NCBI GenBank assembly: GCA_026989685.1
Contig: JALSIV010000211.1
Coordinates: 817-64,816, forward strand
Length of the DNA stretch: 64,000 bases
Direction: 5' to 3'
From: Pirellulaceae bacterium
Lineage (GTDB): Bacteria > Planctomycetota > Planctomycetia > Pirellulales > Pirellulaceae
Within the stretch, counting starts at the first letter, position 1. The number at the start of each line of letters is the position of its first letter. Below, one piece after another: positions 55,461-64,000 of the stretch. The position numbers and the translations under genes were made by a program. The notes below the pieces were generated by a model that ran no database searches, was not told the origin of the DNA, and worked only from the letters and a program-made list of their open reading frames with translations.

Positions 55461-55544
55461 AGGCGTCAGGCGTCAGGCTTCAGGTTTCAGGCGTCAGGCG
55501 TCAGGTTTGAGGCGTCAGGCGTCAGGCTTCAGGTTTGAGGCGTC
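55461..55544. repeat. heptanucleotide tandem array AGGCGTC x12 with variants AGGCTTC/AGGTTTC/AGGTTTG
   Basis: Twelve contiguous 7-mers fill the gap between the MMPL stop (55455) and the convergent gene's stop (55543-55545). Variant order gives a higher-order period of about 28 nt. Confidence 0.85.
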
Positions 55545-57891
55545 AGTGTCGCAACACGTGAAGCAATACGTTGAGTCCGATGCGATAAGCGTCTTCGCTG
55601 ATGTAGCCTTTGCAGTCGGGAGAGTTGGAGTTCTGCAGCGCGCAACTCAAGTCGTAGGGCGAAAAAATGACGACCCAGCGTCCCTGCTGCCGGATACCCT
55701 CCAGCAAAGGTGCGATTTTCACTTCGCGGCTCCCCACACCGTCGTTGCCTCGCTGCGGGTCGTTGAGCGTCACACGGTCGAGTTCGAAGCCACCATCCTC
55801 GTCTCCAAAGATCGGATCGGAAGCGGGAATCCGCTGCCATGCTTCTCCGGGAAGAGCCAGTGAGATTTCTCGGTGGAATGCTCGAGTGAATTCCCCGCTC
55901 GAGCAGATCGCGTCGGCGAACAGCACGCCGCCGTTGGCCAGATACCGGCGCACCGCCTCGCGTTCCTCTTCGCTCCACTTGAAGTCGAACCGTCCTTGCA
56001 TGTAGAGCACGGGGTACTCGTACAGCTTCCGGTCCGTCGGTCCGACTTTGCGATTCTCCACTCGAACCCGCAGTCCCAGTTCGCCGGCGACGAATGCCAG
56101 CAGGTTGGGAAGAGCCTGGGGCGCGTCGTCGCCTCCTCCTTCGTGCATCAGTTTGGCGACAGTGAGCACGCCGCGATCGGTCGGCGGAAGCTCGGTGGCC
56201 TTCCTGGGCAGCTTGACCCGGTGGAGCTTCTCCTTGAGTTTCCGATTGGTGGCGTAAGCGATCACATTGCGGCCGATCTGCACGCTCGCTTCGATTTCCC
56301 TGCGGACTCGATCGGGAACCCGCTCGAGCGTGCGGCGGTCGCTGAGAGACCAGAAGCAGGACAGATTGCGGGGACAATAGACCACGCTGATCCGACAGCA
56401 AGCGTCGACTCCCAACAGCGGCTTGAGGAAATCGGGGTCGACTCGGCCGTCCGCGTACCAGATCGGATGGTCGGGCGGGAGCATCCTCAGCGGCGAATCG
56501 GGAAACAGCTCCTCCATCAACTGCCGGAACGCCCGATCGAAGACCCGCGCATCGCAGCCGTTGCCCTGTCGAGCTTCGGCGAACACGAAACCGCCTTGTT
56601 GGATATATGCCTTCAGCTTCTGTTTGTCCTCCGGCCTTACCGGCAACTCTCCGGCTCCCGTGAGGAACAGCACGGGAGCTTCCAGCAAATGTTCCACGTT
56701 CGCCGCCTGCCAATCGACCGACTGCCAGGCCAGCGGCTGCTGCCAACTCCGCTCGATATGGTCGACCAACTTGGGAATCCCGGCCGGATGGTAGTCCCAA
56801 TCGTCGCGATCCCCATATTCGAGTTTGGCGACGACGATGGGACGCCTCCCCTTGGAAAGAAACAGCAAGGCCAGCGACGTGCCGATCACCGGCTGTTCTT
56901 CGCCGACCCCGCTTCCCCGCCACTGATCGCCGACGCCCCGGCGCTGGACTTCCAGCAGATATTCGGCCCCTTCGCGATACCAATCGTGAGCACCGATAAA
57001 ACGACGGCCCGTCAGACGCCCCACTCGCTCCAATCCGTACAAATAGTACAGCACGTTGTGAGTGGCCCCCGGGTTCATGCGAACGGAGAAGTGTCTCCCC
57101 AGCCAATCGAGTCCCCGCTCGATCCGTACCCAGTCGGGATCTTCGTCGCCATTCCCACAGCAGCGAACTCGGCCCCCACGTACCGTGGCCCTCGCTCGGC
57201 CCGTCTTTCCCGAAGCGATCACCAGCGACGCAATGCCCGCGGTGGTCATGCTGCCGGTGCTGTGGTGTCCTTGCGTGTAGATCCAGCCACCGTCGTTACT
57301 CTGCGTCACGCGAAAATGAACGGCAACCATCTCCCAAAACGAATCGGGCAATGGAACGCCGACGCGTTCGGCTTCCATCAGCGCCAGCACGGCGAACTGA
57401 GTGTTCGAATTGTCGTAGCCGGCCGGCCTCGGCGTGTAGCGCCATGCAATGGCCGGACCCATCGGCGTCTGGTACCGCATCACGGCCTGTTGCAACCATT
57501 CGACGTTCTCGCGGATCAACAACCGATCCTGCTCGGGTTCGGCCATGCAAAACACCATGGTCTGCAGCGAGCGGCTGTAGGTGTCGACTCCTTTGAAACT
57601 CCGCAGGTGCCGAAGAGCCAATTGAATGGTGGGCGAGTCGGGTGGTTCTCCCGCGTGCAGCAAGGCCAGGGCCACCAGAGGAGTGACACCGCCCCGAAAG
57701 ATTCCGTCACCCGGCCACGTACCATCTTTGGGATTCTGCTTCGCCTTGAGGAACGCGACGGCCTTTCGAATCGAAGCCCGCACGTCCTCGGCCGTGACCT
57801 CTTCGGCCTCGAGCCGGCCCGTCGGCACAGCCACCATCCCGAAAATCAGCAGAGCCCACAGCAGGAACCGTCTTCCCCGGCGTCCGCTCAT
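55543..57891 (-). CDS. exported fusion protein with prenyltransferase/squalene-oxidase-like alpha-toroid repeats plus a DUF4159 domain
   Basis: Signal peptide after ATG 57891 (MSGRRGRRFLLWALLIFGMVAVP; the ORF-track GTG is at 57924). N-terminal repeats (KQNPKDGTWPG, SNDGGWIY). C-terminal YPVLYMQGRFDFKWSEEEREAVRRYLANGGVLFADA is typical of DUF4159. Confidence 0.8.
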   Translation of the reverse strand: MSGRRGRRFLLWALLIFGMVAVPTGRLEAEEVTAEDVRASIRKAVAFLKAKQNPKDGTWPGDGIFRGGVTPLVALALLHAGEPPDSPTIQLALRHLRSFKGVDTYSRSLQTMVFCMAEPEQDRLLIRENVEWLQQAVMRYQTPMGPAIAWRYTPRPAGYDNSNTQFAVLALMEAERVGVPLPDSFWEMVAVHFRVTQSNDGGWIYTQGHHSTGSMTTAGIASLVIASGKTGRARATVRGGRVRCCGNGDEDPDWVRIERGLDWLGRHFSVRMNPGATHNVLYYLYGLERVGRLTGRRFIGAHDWYREGAEYLLEVQRRGVGDQWRGSGVGEEQPVIGTSLALLFLSKGRRPIVVAKLEYGDRDDWDYHPAGIPKLVDHIERSWQQPLAWQSVDWQAANVEHLLEAPVLFLTGAGELPVRPEDKQKLKAYIQQGGFVFAEARQGNGCDARVFDRAFRQLMEELFPDSPLRMLPPDHPIWYADGRVDPDFLKPLLGVDACCRISVVYCPRNLSCFWSLSDRRTLERVPDRVRREIEASVQIGRNVIAYATNRKLKEKLHRVKLPRKATELPPTDRGVLTVAKLMHEGGGDDAPQALPNLLAFVAGELGLRVRVENRKVGPTDRKLYEYPVLYMQGRFDFKWSEEEREAVRRYLANGGVLFADAICSSGEFTRAFHREISLALPGEAWQRIPASDPIFGDEDGGFELDRVTLNDPQRGNDGVGSREVKIAPLLEGIRQQGRWVVIFSPYDLSCALQNSNSPDCKGYISEDAYRIGLNVLLHVLRH

Positions 57892-58151
57892 CTCCGGCCC
57901 GCTGCTGTCGAATGCCGTGCTCACTGACCGATTCCCATCCCGCCCCCGAAATCCCCTGCGACTGTCTCCATCGTTGCAACCGGTTCATCGGCGGCAAGAC
58001 CCGACCGATCGGCCGGCGGGCGCCCCTGTCGCGTGCAACGTCCATGCCGACTCCCCGTGCTGTATTGTACAATCTATCGTCTCCCTGCGGTGGCCGGGGA
58101 AGAGAGGGATCCTGTTCGGCTCGGACGGCAAATGCTTAGAAAAGGTCGATT

Positions 58152-59189
58152 GTGGCGAAGAAACCGCGTAATCTCGGAGATGTGCTCAGTGAGTTTCGGC
58201 AGCAGCGTGAGCGGATGCAGGCGGAACTGCAAAAGGTCATCGTCGGCCAGGAGGAGGTGATCGAGCAGCTTTTCGCCGCCATCTTCACTCGCGGACATTG
58301 CCTGCTGGAAGGCGTCCCCGGGTTGGCCAAGACATTGATGGTCAGTACGCTGGCCCGCATTCTGGACGTGGCGTTCAAGCGGATCCAGTTCACGCCCGAC
58401 CTGATGCCGTCGGATATCACGGGCACGAACGTCCTGGAGGAGGACGAGGAAGGTCGGCGGACTTTCCGTTTTATGGAAGGGCCGGTCTTCACCAACATCC
58501 TGCTGGCGGACGAGATCAACCGGACACCTCCCAAGACGCAAGCCGCACTGCTTCAGGCGATGCAGGAGCGTGAGGTCACGGTAGGACGAACCACGTTTCC
58601 GCTCCCCGATCCCTTCTTCACCATCGCCACTCAAAACCCGATCGAACAGGAGGGAACGTATCCGCTCCCCGAAGCCCAACTCGACCGCTTCATGTTCAAT
58701 ATCGTCATCGATTATCCGTCTCCCACCGAGGAAGAGGAGATCCTGGCGGCCACCTGCCGGCATGAAAAAGTGACGGTGGACAAAATCCTCTCGGCACGAG
58801 CCATCGCCAACATCCAGAAACTGGTCCACTCCGTCGCCGTCAGCGACTACATCATCAAATACGTCGTGCAAATTGTGAGGGCGACCCGGCCGAAGGACCC
58901 GGCCGCTCCCGATTTCGTCCGCGAGGTCGTGGATTGGGGAGCGGGCCCGCGAGCCGGCCAGTTCCTGATCCAAGGCGGCAAGGCACTGGCCGCCATGGAC
59001 GGCCGGTTCTCCGTGGGAACCGATGACGTGCGCCGCATCGCCGTCCCCGTGCTCCGTCACCGAATCGCCACCAATTTCCAGGCCCAGGCCGAGGGGTTCA
59101 CCCGCGAAGACGTGATTCGAAGAATTGTAGAGACGATTCCCGAGCCGGAAGTGCCCAAGTTCGTCGCGCCTCCCCCGATCGCCGAATAG
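58152..59189 (+). CDS. moxR: MoxR-family AAA+ ATPase
   Basis: [33 protein letters not shown] (Walker A), ILLADEINR (Walker B), and [11 protein letters not shown] start (alternative ATG 58215). Confidence 0.93.
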   Translation: MAKKPRNLGDVLSEFRQQRERMQAELQKVIVGQEEVIEQLFAAIFTRGHCLLEGVPGLAKTLMVSTLARILDVAFKRIQFTPDLMPSDITGTNVLEEDEEGRRTFRFMEGPVFTNILLADEINRTPPKTQAALLQAMQEREVTVGRTTFPLPDPFFTIATQNPIEQEGTYPLPEAQLDRFMFNIVIDYPSPTEEEEILAATCRHEKVTVDKILSARAIANIQKLVHSVAVSDYIIKYVVQIVRATRPKDPAAPDFVREVVDWGAGPRAGQFLIQGGKALAAMDGRFSVGTDDVRRIAVPVLRHRIATNFQAQAEGFTREDVIRRIVETIPEPEVPKFVAPPPIAE

Positions 59190-59209
59190 CCGCCCGTTGG
59201 CGTTTGTCC

Positions 59210-60106
59210 ATGTCCACCGCCGAGCAATACCTCAAGCCCGAAGTCATCAACCAGATCAAACGGCTCGATCTGCGAGCTCAGTTCGTGGTCAAAGGCTTCC
59301 TGCAGGGGCTGCACTCCAGTCCCTTTCACGGCTTCTCGGTCGAATTCAGCGAGCATCGCCGCTACACCGTCGGCGACGACCCCAACGACATCGACTGGCT
59401 GGTCTACGCCAAAACCGACAAGTACTACGTGAAGAAGTTCGAAGCCGAAACCAATATCACCGGCTATCTGGTGATGGACCTCAGCGAATCGATGGGCTAC
59501 ACCTACCGCCAGGACCTCACCAAGTTCGACTACGCGATCTGCCTGGCGGCCTCCCTGGGCTACCTGATGATCCACCAGCAAGACCCGGTGGGATTGGTGA
59601 CGTTCGGCGAGAAGATCCAGGGCAGTCTGGCACCCCGCTCCAAGCGCACCCAACTCTCGACCATCCTCTCTCAGTTATCCAAACTGAGCCCCACCGGCCG
59701 CACCGATATCGCTCGCAGCCTGGCTCAAACCGCCGCGCTGCTGAAGCACCGCAGCCTGCTGATGATCTTCTCCGACCTGCTGGCCGACCCCGACCCGGTT
59801 CTCCAGGCCCTGATGCAACTGCGGCACGCCGGGCATGACGTAATCCTGTTCCACGTATTGGACGAAGCGGAGGTGCGGTTTCCCTTTCATGGCATGGTGG
59901 AAATGATCGATCCCGAGACCGGTGACAAAATCGCGGTGGACGCAGACGGTATGCGGGACGACTATCTGTCGGAACTGGAATCGTTTCGCCGCCGGTACAA
60001 GGAAAAATGTTCCCGAGCACGCATCGACTACGTCGAACTGGACACCAGCATGCCGTTCGACAAGGCGCTGCTGGAATACCTGCTGATGCGCCAGGCGCGG
60101 TTCTAG
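59210..60106 (+). CDS. DUF58 (vWA-like) protein
   Basis: GLHSSPFHGFSVEFSEHRRYTVGDDPNDIDW is the DUF58 signature. ATG 59210 is preferred to the TTG at 59204. Confidence 0.9.
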   Translation: MSTAEQYLKPEVINQIKRLDLRAQFVVKGFLQGLHSSPFHGFSVEFSEHRRYTVGDDPNDIDWLVYAKTDKYYVKKFEAETNITGYLVMDLSESMGYTYRQDLTKFDYAICLAASLGYLMIHQQDPVGLVTFGEKIQGSLAPRSKRTQLSTILSQLSKLSPTGRTDIARSLAQTAALLKHRSLLMIFSDLLADPDPVLQALMQLRHAGHDVILFHVLDEAEVRFPFHGMVEMIDPETGDKIAVDADGMRDDYLSELESFRRRYKEKCSRARIDYVELDTSMPFDKALLEYLLMRQARF

Positions 60107-60128
60107 AAAAAGGGGGGGTGCAGCAGCC

Positions 60129-62537
60129 GTGACCTGGTTAAACGGAGCCCTGCTAGGCGGATTCGCACTCGTGGCGATCCCGATCCTCATCCACTTTGCG
60201 ATGAGAAAGCAGCCGAAGCGGATTCTCTTCCCGGCACTCCGTTTCGTGCAGGCTCGCCATCTGACCAATCGCCGGCAATTGCGAGTGCGCCGCTGGCTGC
60301 TGCTGGCGCTGCGCTGCTTGGCGATCGCCACCGTGGTGGCGCTACTGGCACGCCCTTCCGTCGCAGCGCCGCTACTGGGCGACTGGATGTTGATCGCGAC
60401 CTTCGCCGGCCTGGGTCTATTGGGAACGCTGCTGCTTTTGGCCGCGTTGGCCGCTCGCCGCGGAGCCGTACTCTGGCTGCCTCTGGCACTGGCCGTCGTC
60501 ACCCTGTTGGGAACTGCCGGCTGGTTGCTGGCCTCGGTGCTCTCCTACGGCAGCGAATACCAGGTGGGAGACGCTCGAGCTCCCGTTTCGGCCGTGGTGG
60601 TCATCGACAATTCGGCTCGCAGCGAGTACCTGGTGGCCAATCAAACGGTGCTGGGCCGCGCCAAGGCGGCCGCCAAGCGGCTGATCCGCGCCCTGCCGAC
60701 CGACAGCCAGGTCGCCGTGTTGAGTCTCGATCGGGGGACGGTGTTTTGGAGCGCCGGCAAACGCGCGGCGGTCCGAGCCGTCGATCGGGTGCCGGTCGTC
60801 CGCCAACCCGCCGCGCTGCTGGATGTGCTGTTGCAAGCCGAACGTCTGGCCAAGGAAGGACGCCACCCCCGCCACGAGATTTACGTCTTTACGGATCTGA
60901 CGCGCCCCGGCTGGCCGGAGGAAAAGCACCCCATCACCGAACACCGTCGGCAAGACGCATCGTCGTCACTGTTCATCATCGACGTCGGCGTGCCGCAGCC
61001 GACGAATGGAACTCTGGATGATCTGCGACTGGCGGCCGCCGCAATCGCCGGTGCCGGTTCGACCGAGCTGCACGTCACGTACTCCAGTACTCAACCGCGA
61101 ACTCGAACGATGGAACTCTACTTGGAAAAATCCGATCCCTCGTTGCCGTTCGTGCGGGACGGTCGTCGCGTCCAACCCCCTCGCGTACTGAAGGACAAGG
61201 TCCAGTTGACCGCCAGTCCCGATCAACCGGCACGGCACACGTTCTACCTGGGCAATCTGCCGCCCGGCACGCACCACGGCGAGGTGCGTTTCGTCGAAGG
61301 CGATCCGCTGGCCGTCGACGACGTCCGCTTCTTTACGATCGTCGTTCGTCCACCCTGGCGAATGCTCGTCGTCGGAGGACCCGGCACGGCGGTCCCCGCC
61401 TGGACCGAAGCCGTGGCACCACGGGAACTGAGAGCGCGAGGAGAATCTCCGTTTCACGTCCAGCGGATCACGCCCAGCGAATTGGCGACGGCCGACTTGA
61501 CGCGGACCGACCTGGTCTGCCTGCTCGACCCCCCCCCCCTGCCCGATGACATCTGGCAACGGCTCGAAGATTGGCTCAAACGCGGCAAGGGACTCTGCGT
61601 GGCGCTGGGCCCCAATGCGGGGACCCCCGAACAGTGGCAAAGTGATTCGGCAAAGACAGTGTTGGGATGCGTTCCCACCGTCGTGTTTCGAGCAACCGAC
61701 GCATTTGTGTCACCCTCCGGCTATGAGCATCCGTTGCTGCGGGCGTTCCGGCCGTTTGCCGACACGGTGCCGTGGACCGAGTTTCCGGTGAGGCGCCACT
61801 GGTCGGTCGATACGGTCGACGAGAGCTGCAGCACGGTCGTGCGATATTCGAACGGCGAACCGGCACTGCTGGAACATCCTGTGGGGCGCGGCCGAGTCTT
61901 GATCATGACCACGCCGCTCACCGAGATCGACCGCCCTCGGGGCCGCGTATCGTGGAACGATTTGGCCGGCCCCAACGACTGGCCGCGATTCATCCTGGTC
62001 AACGAAATGGCGGCCTACGCCGCAGGCGCCCATGCCGAACGCTACAACTACTTCACCGGGGAGCGCGTCGTGCTGCCCAACATGGCGGGCGAGCATCCTT
62101 CTTCCTATCAGCTCGCCAAACCGACCGGACCGCTTCAGTTGGTGCGGGCCGGCGAGGGAAAACTGCGCATCCCCTGGACCGACACTCCCGGCCATTACCG
62201 GCTCAAAGGAGTCGGCGACACGACCGTGCTGCGGGGCTTTTCGGCGAATCTGGCCGCCAACCAGAGCGATCTGACTCGAGTCTCCCCGGAACGGCTCGAT
62301 GCTCTGCTGGGCAAAAACCGCTACCAACTGGCTCGGACCCTCGATGAACTCCAGCGGCAGCAGGGAACGCAGCGGTCGGGGCGCGAGTTCTACCCGTATC
62401 TGGTCATCGGGCTGGTAGCGCTGCTCCTGGCCGAACAAGCTCTGGCCAACCGATTCTACGGCCGTTCGACGGACCAGCCGTCCGATGCGCCCTCGAAGCC
62501 CTCAACCGCGCAACCACCGGTCGCCGCCAGCGCCTAA
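60129..62537 (+). CDS. BatA-type N-terminal double-TM domain protein (large, vWA-associated)
   Basis: MTWLNGALLGGFALVAIPILIHFAMRKQPKRILFPALRFV is the aerotolerance-regulator N-terminal domain. A long extracytoplasmic region and a C-terminal TM helix (YLVIGLVALLLAEQAL) follow. Confidence 0.85.
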   Translation: MTWLNGALLGGFALVAIPILIHFAMRKQPKRILFPALRFVQARHLTNRRQLRVRRWLLLALRCLAIATVVALLARPSVAAPLLGDWMLIATFAGLGLLGTLLLLAALAARRGAVLWLPLALAVVTLLGTAGWLLASVLSYGSEYQVGDARAPVSAVVVIDNSARSEYLVANQTVLGRAKAAAKRLIRALPTDSQVAVLSLDRGTVFWSAGKRAAVRAVDRVPVVRQPAALLDVLLQAERLAKEGRHPRHEIYVFTDLTRPGWPEEKHPITEHRRQDASSSLFIIDVGVPQPTNGTLDDLRLAAAAIAGAGSTELHVTYSSTQPRTRTMELYLEKSDPSLPFVRDGRRVQPPRVLKDKVQLTASPDQPARHTFYLGNLPPGTHHGEVRFVEGDPLAVDDVRFFTIVVRPPWRMLVVGGPGTAVPAWTEAVAPRELRARGESPFHVQRITPSELATADLTRTDLVCLLDPPPLPDDIWQRLEDWLKRGKGLCVALGPNAGTPEQWQSDSAKTVLGCVPTVVFRATDAFVSPSGYEHPLLRAFRPFADTVPWTEFPVRRHWSVDTVDESCSTVVRYSNGEPALLEHPVGRGRVLIMTTPLTEIDRPRGRVSWNDLAGPNDWPRFILVNEMAAYAAGAHAERYNYFTGERVVLPNMAGEHPSSYQLAKPTGPLQLVRAGEGKLRIPWTDTPGHYRLKGVGDTTVLRGFSANLAANQSDLTRVSPERLDALLGKNRYQLARTLDELQRQQGTQRSGREFYPYLVIGLVALLLAEQALANRFYGRSTDQPSDAPSKPSTAQPPVAASA

Positions 62538-62553
62538 GGAGACTGGATCCCGA

Positions 62554-64000
62554 GTGAACGGCGAAGTCGATTCAACGTTGGAATGGATGATCCGCCCGAT
62601 CTTCGATCAGCTTGGGATCGTGGCGCTGCTCGCCGCTGCGCTGCTGGCGGTGTGGTGGTGGGTCCGACCCGGCGGACCAGTGACAAGATCGCGTCTCCGT
62701 CTCCTGCGGCTGATTCGACTCGGCGTCATCCTGCTCGCCGTACTGGCCATGCTGCGTCCCACCCTGGTCCGCTCCACTACGCGACAGCAGCGAGCCGGAC
62801 TGGTGTTGCTACTCGATCGCAGCCGCAGCATGACTCTGCCGGGGCGAGAGTCGAGTCAGACCCGCTGGGATGCCCAGCGCGACTATTTCCGCACCATCGA
62901 GCCGCTGCTGAAACGACTCGGCGAATCGGTCGACGTGCGAGTCTTCCTCTACGACACCAGACCGCAGCTCCTGCAGGTTCGCGATGATGCGTGGGACTTG
63001 CCGCCGGCCGCCGGCGACGCCAAAACCGACGTCGGCGGTTCTTTGCAATCGGTGCTGCAAGACGATGCGGGCCAGCGACTGTTGGGCGTGGTGGTCATGG
63101 GAGATGGAAACCAAACCGTATTCGACAGCGACGTCGATCCCTACGCAGCCGCTCGCGAACTGGGAGCGGCCGGGATTCCGCTGTTCACGCTCCCGTGGGG
63201 GCCCTCCGGAAGCTCGGCTCAGTCGCGGGACGTGGCCGTCGAGCAATTTCCCGAACGCCTGCACGCCTTTGTGAAAAACGAGCTGGAAGTGCGAGGAGCC
63301 GTGCGCATCCGCGGGCTGGCCGAGCGGCAGATTCCGGTCGAACTCTGGCTGTCCGACGACCAGGGCCAAAACCGCAAGATCGCCGAAGTTCCCGTCCAAA
63401 CGAGTGAAAACGACGCCGTCGTCGCGGTGCGCATCCCCTACGTTCCCGAAACCGAAGGAGAATTCCGCCTGACACTCAAAGTCCCCTCGCAGGTCGGCGA
63501 ACTGGTGCTCGACAACAATCAACTCACCGCGTTCCTCAGCGTTCGCGAAGGCGGACTGCGGGTGTTGTACCTCGAAGGAGAATTGCGGCAGGAACAGAAA
63601 TTCATCCGCTGGTCACTCGATGCGTCCCCCGACATCGCCGTGGACTTCCAGTGGTTTCCCGCCAAACAAAAAGACCGGTGGCCCCTGACACTGGGCGACG
63701 CGCTGCAGCCCGACCGCTACGACGTGTTCGTGATCGGTGATCTCCCCGCCGCCGCCGTCGAGTCCTCCGAGTGGGAACGCCTGGCGGCTCGAATCGATGA
63801 AGGCAAGGGCCTGATCATGCTCGGCGGGTATCGTTCCTTCGGAGTCGGCAAGTACGGCAAGACGGCTCTGGCCAAAGTCCTCCCCATCCGCATGCACCTG
63901 TTCACGCTCGACCGACTCGACGCGGCGGCGCTGAGGCGCTGGCACCTCCCCGAACCGGTGCCCATGATCCCCGTTCGCGATCATCCCGTCACCCGACTCG
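62554..64000 (+). CDS. vWA-domain membrane protein (partial, continues beyond right edge)
   Basis: Absent from the ORF track (no stop). The frame starting at GTG 62554 (alternative ATG 62587) is open to the window end, checked codon by codon. Two N-terminal TM helices, MIDAS-type LLLDRSRSM, and later VFVIGDL...LIMLGGYRSFG. ORF 62583..62987 in another frame is rejected. Confidence 0.7.
   Translation, partial: MNGEVDSTLEWMIRPIFDQLGIVALLAAALLAVWWWVRPGGPVTRSRLRLLRLIRLGVILLAVLAMLRPTLVRSTTRQQRAGLVLLLDRSRSMTLPGRESSQTRWDAQRDYFRTIEPLLKRLGESVDVRVFLYDTRPQLLQVRDDAWDLPPAAGDAKTDVGGSLQSVLQDDAGQRLLGVVVMGDGNQTVFDSDVDPYAAARELGAAGIPLFTLPWGPSGSSAQSRDVAVEQFPERLHAFVKNELEVRGAVRIRGLAERQIPVELWLSDDQGQNRKIAEVPVQTSENDAVVAVRIPYVPETEGEFRLTLKVPSQVGELVLDNNQLTAFLSVREGGLRVLYLEGELRQEQKFIRWSLDASPDIAVDFQWFPAKQKDRWPLTLGDALQPDRYDVFVIGDLPAAAVESSEWERLAARIDEGKGLIMLGGYRSFGVGKYGKTALAKVLPIRMHLFTLDRLDAAALRRWHLPEPVPMIPVRDHPVTRL

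Noticed and set aside
55529-57927. ORFs 55529..57106 (minus, 525 aa, other frame) and 55873..57927 (plus, 684 aa)
   Set aside because: Alternative-frame and antisense shadows of the DUF4159 fusion gene. Arg/Pro/Gly-rich.
58074-59060. 328-aa minus-strand ORF
   Set aside because: Antisense to moxR.
62583-62987. 134-aa plus-strand ORF listed in the track
   Set aside because: Wrong frame. The frame beginning at 62554/62587 is open to the end of the window and encodes TM helices plus a vWA MIDAS motif.

Overview
GC-rich bacterial chromosomal window. The gene content points to Planctomycetota: a giant PVC-type haem-binding CxxCH protein, several DUF1080 proteins, a DUF1559/pseudopilin-like module, a Cys-type sulfatase, an LExRxLLA-type secreted protein, a MoxR-DUF58-BatA-VWA operon and archaeal-like formylmethanofuran dehydrogenase genes. 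I support about 46 protein-coding genes. Two of them are partial genes at the window edges that are absent from the ORF track. There is one tRNA-Lys(CTT) with its own promoter and terminator. Many long ORFs in the track are antisense or out-of-frame shadows of real genes, typical of GC-rich DNA, and are rejected. No CRISPR array, rRNA or intact mobile element was seen. The observations most worth follow-up are: (1) an orphan unit made of a near-perfect sigma54 -24/-12 promoter, a long hairpin and a U-run with no ORF, i.e. a candidate ~97-nt sRNA carrying two CCUCC motifs (1594-1716); (2) a split fwdC / fwdA-moeA / fwdD-fwdB / mobA cluster whose content (FwdD, Fe-S and Cys motifs in FwdB, translational coupling to moeA) suggests a pterin-cofactor-containing formylmethanofuran dehydrogenase rather than a cofactor-less Fhc complex; (3) three heptanucleotide tandem arrays, each exactly at a convergent gene junction, two of them G-quadruplex-capable and in inverted orientation around dinB-fwdA-moeA; (4) an ECF sigma factor translationally coupled to an anti-sigma factor whose transmembrane and external part looks like a pseudopilin/DUF1559 module; (5) a ~116-nt dispersed intergenic repeat present twice; (6) a duplicated tRNA-Lys 3' end 630 bp downstream of the tRNA, an att-like scar; (7) a strong promoter plus ~195-nt structured leader in front of metK. 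All functional calls rest on motif recognition by eye. No database search or folding computation was run.
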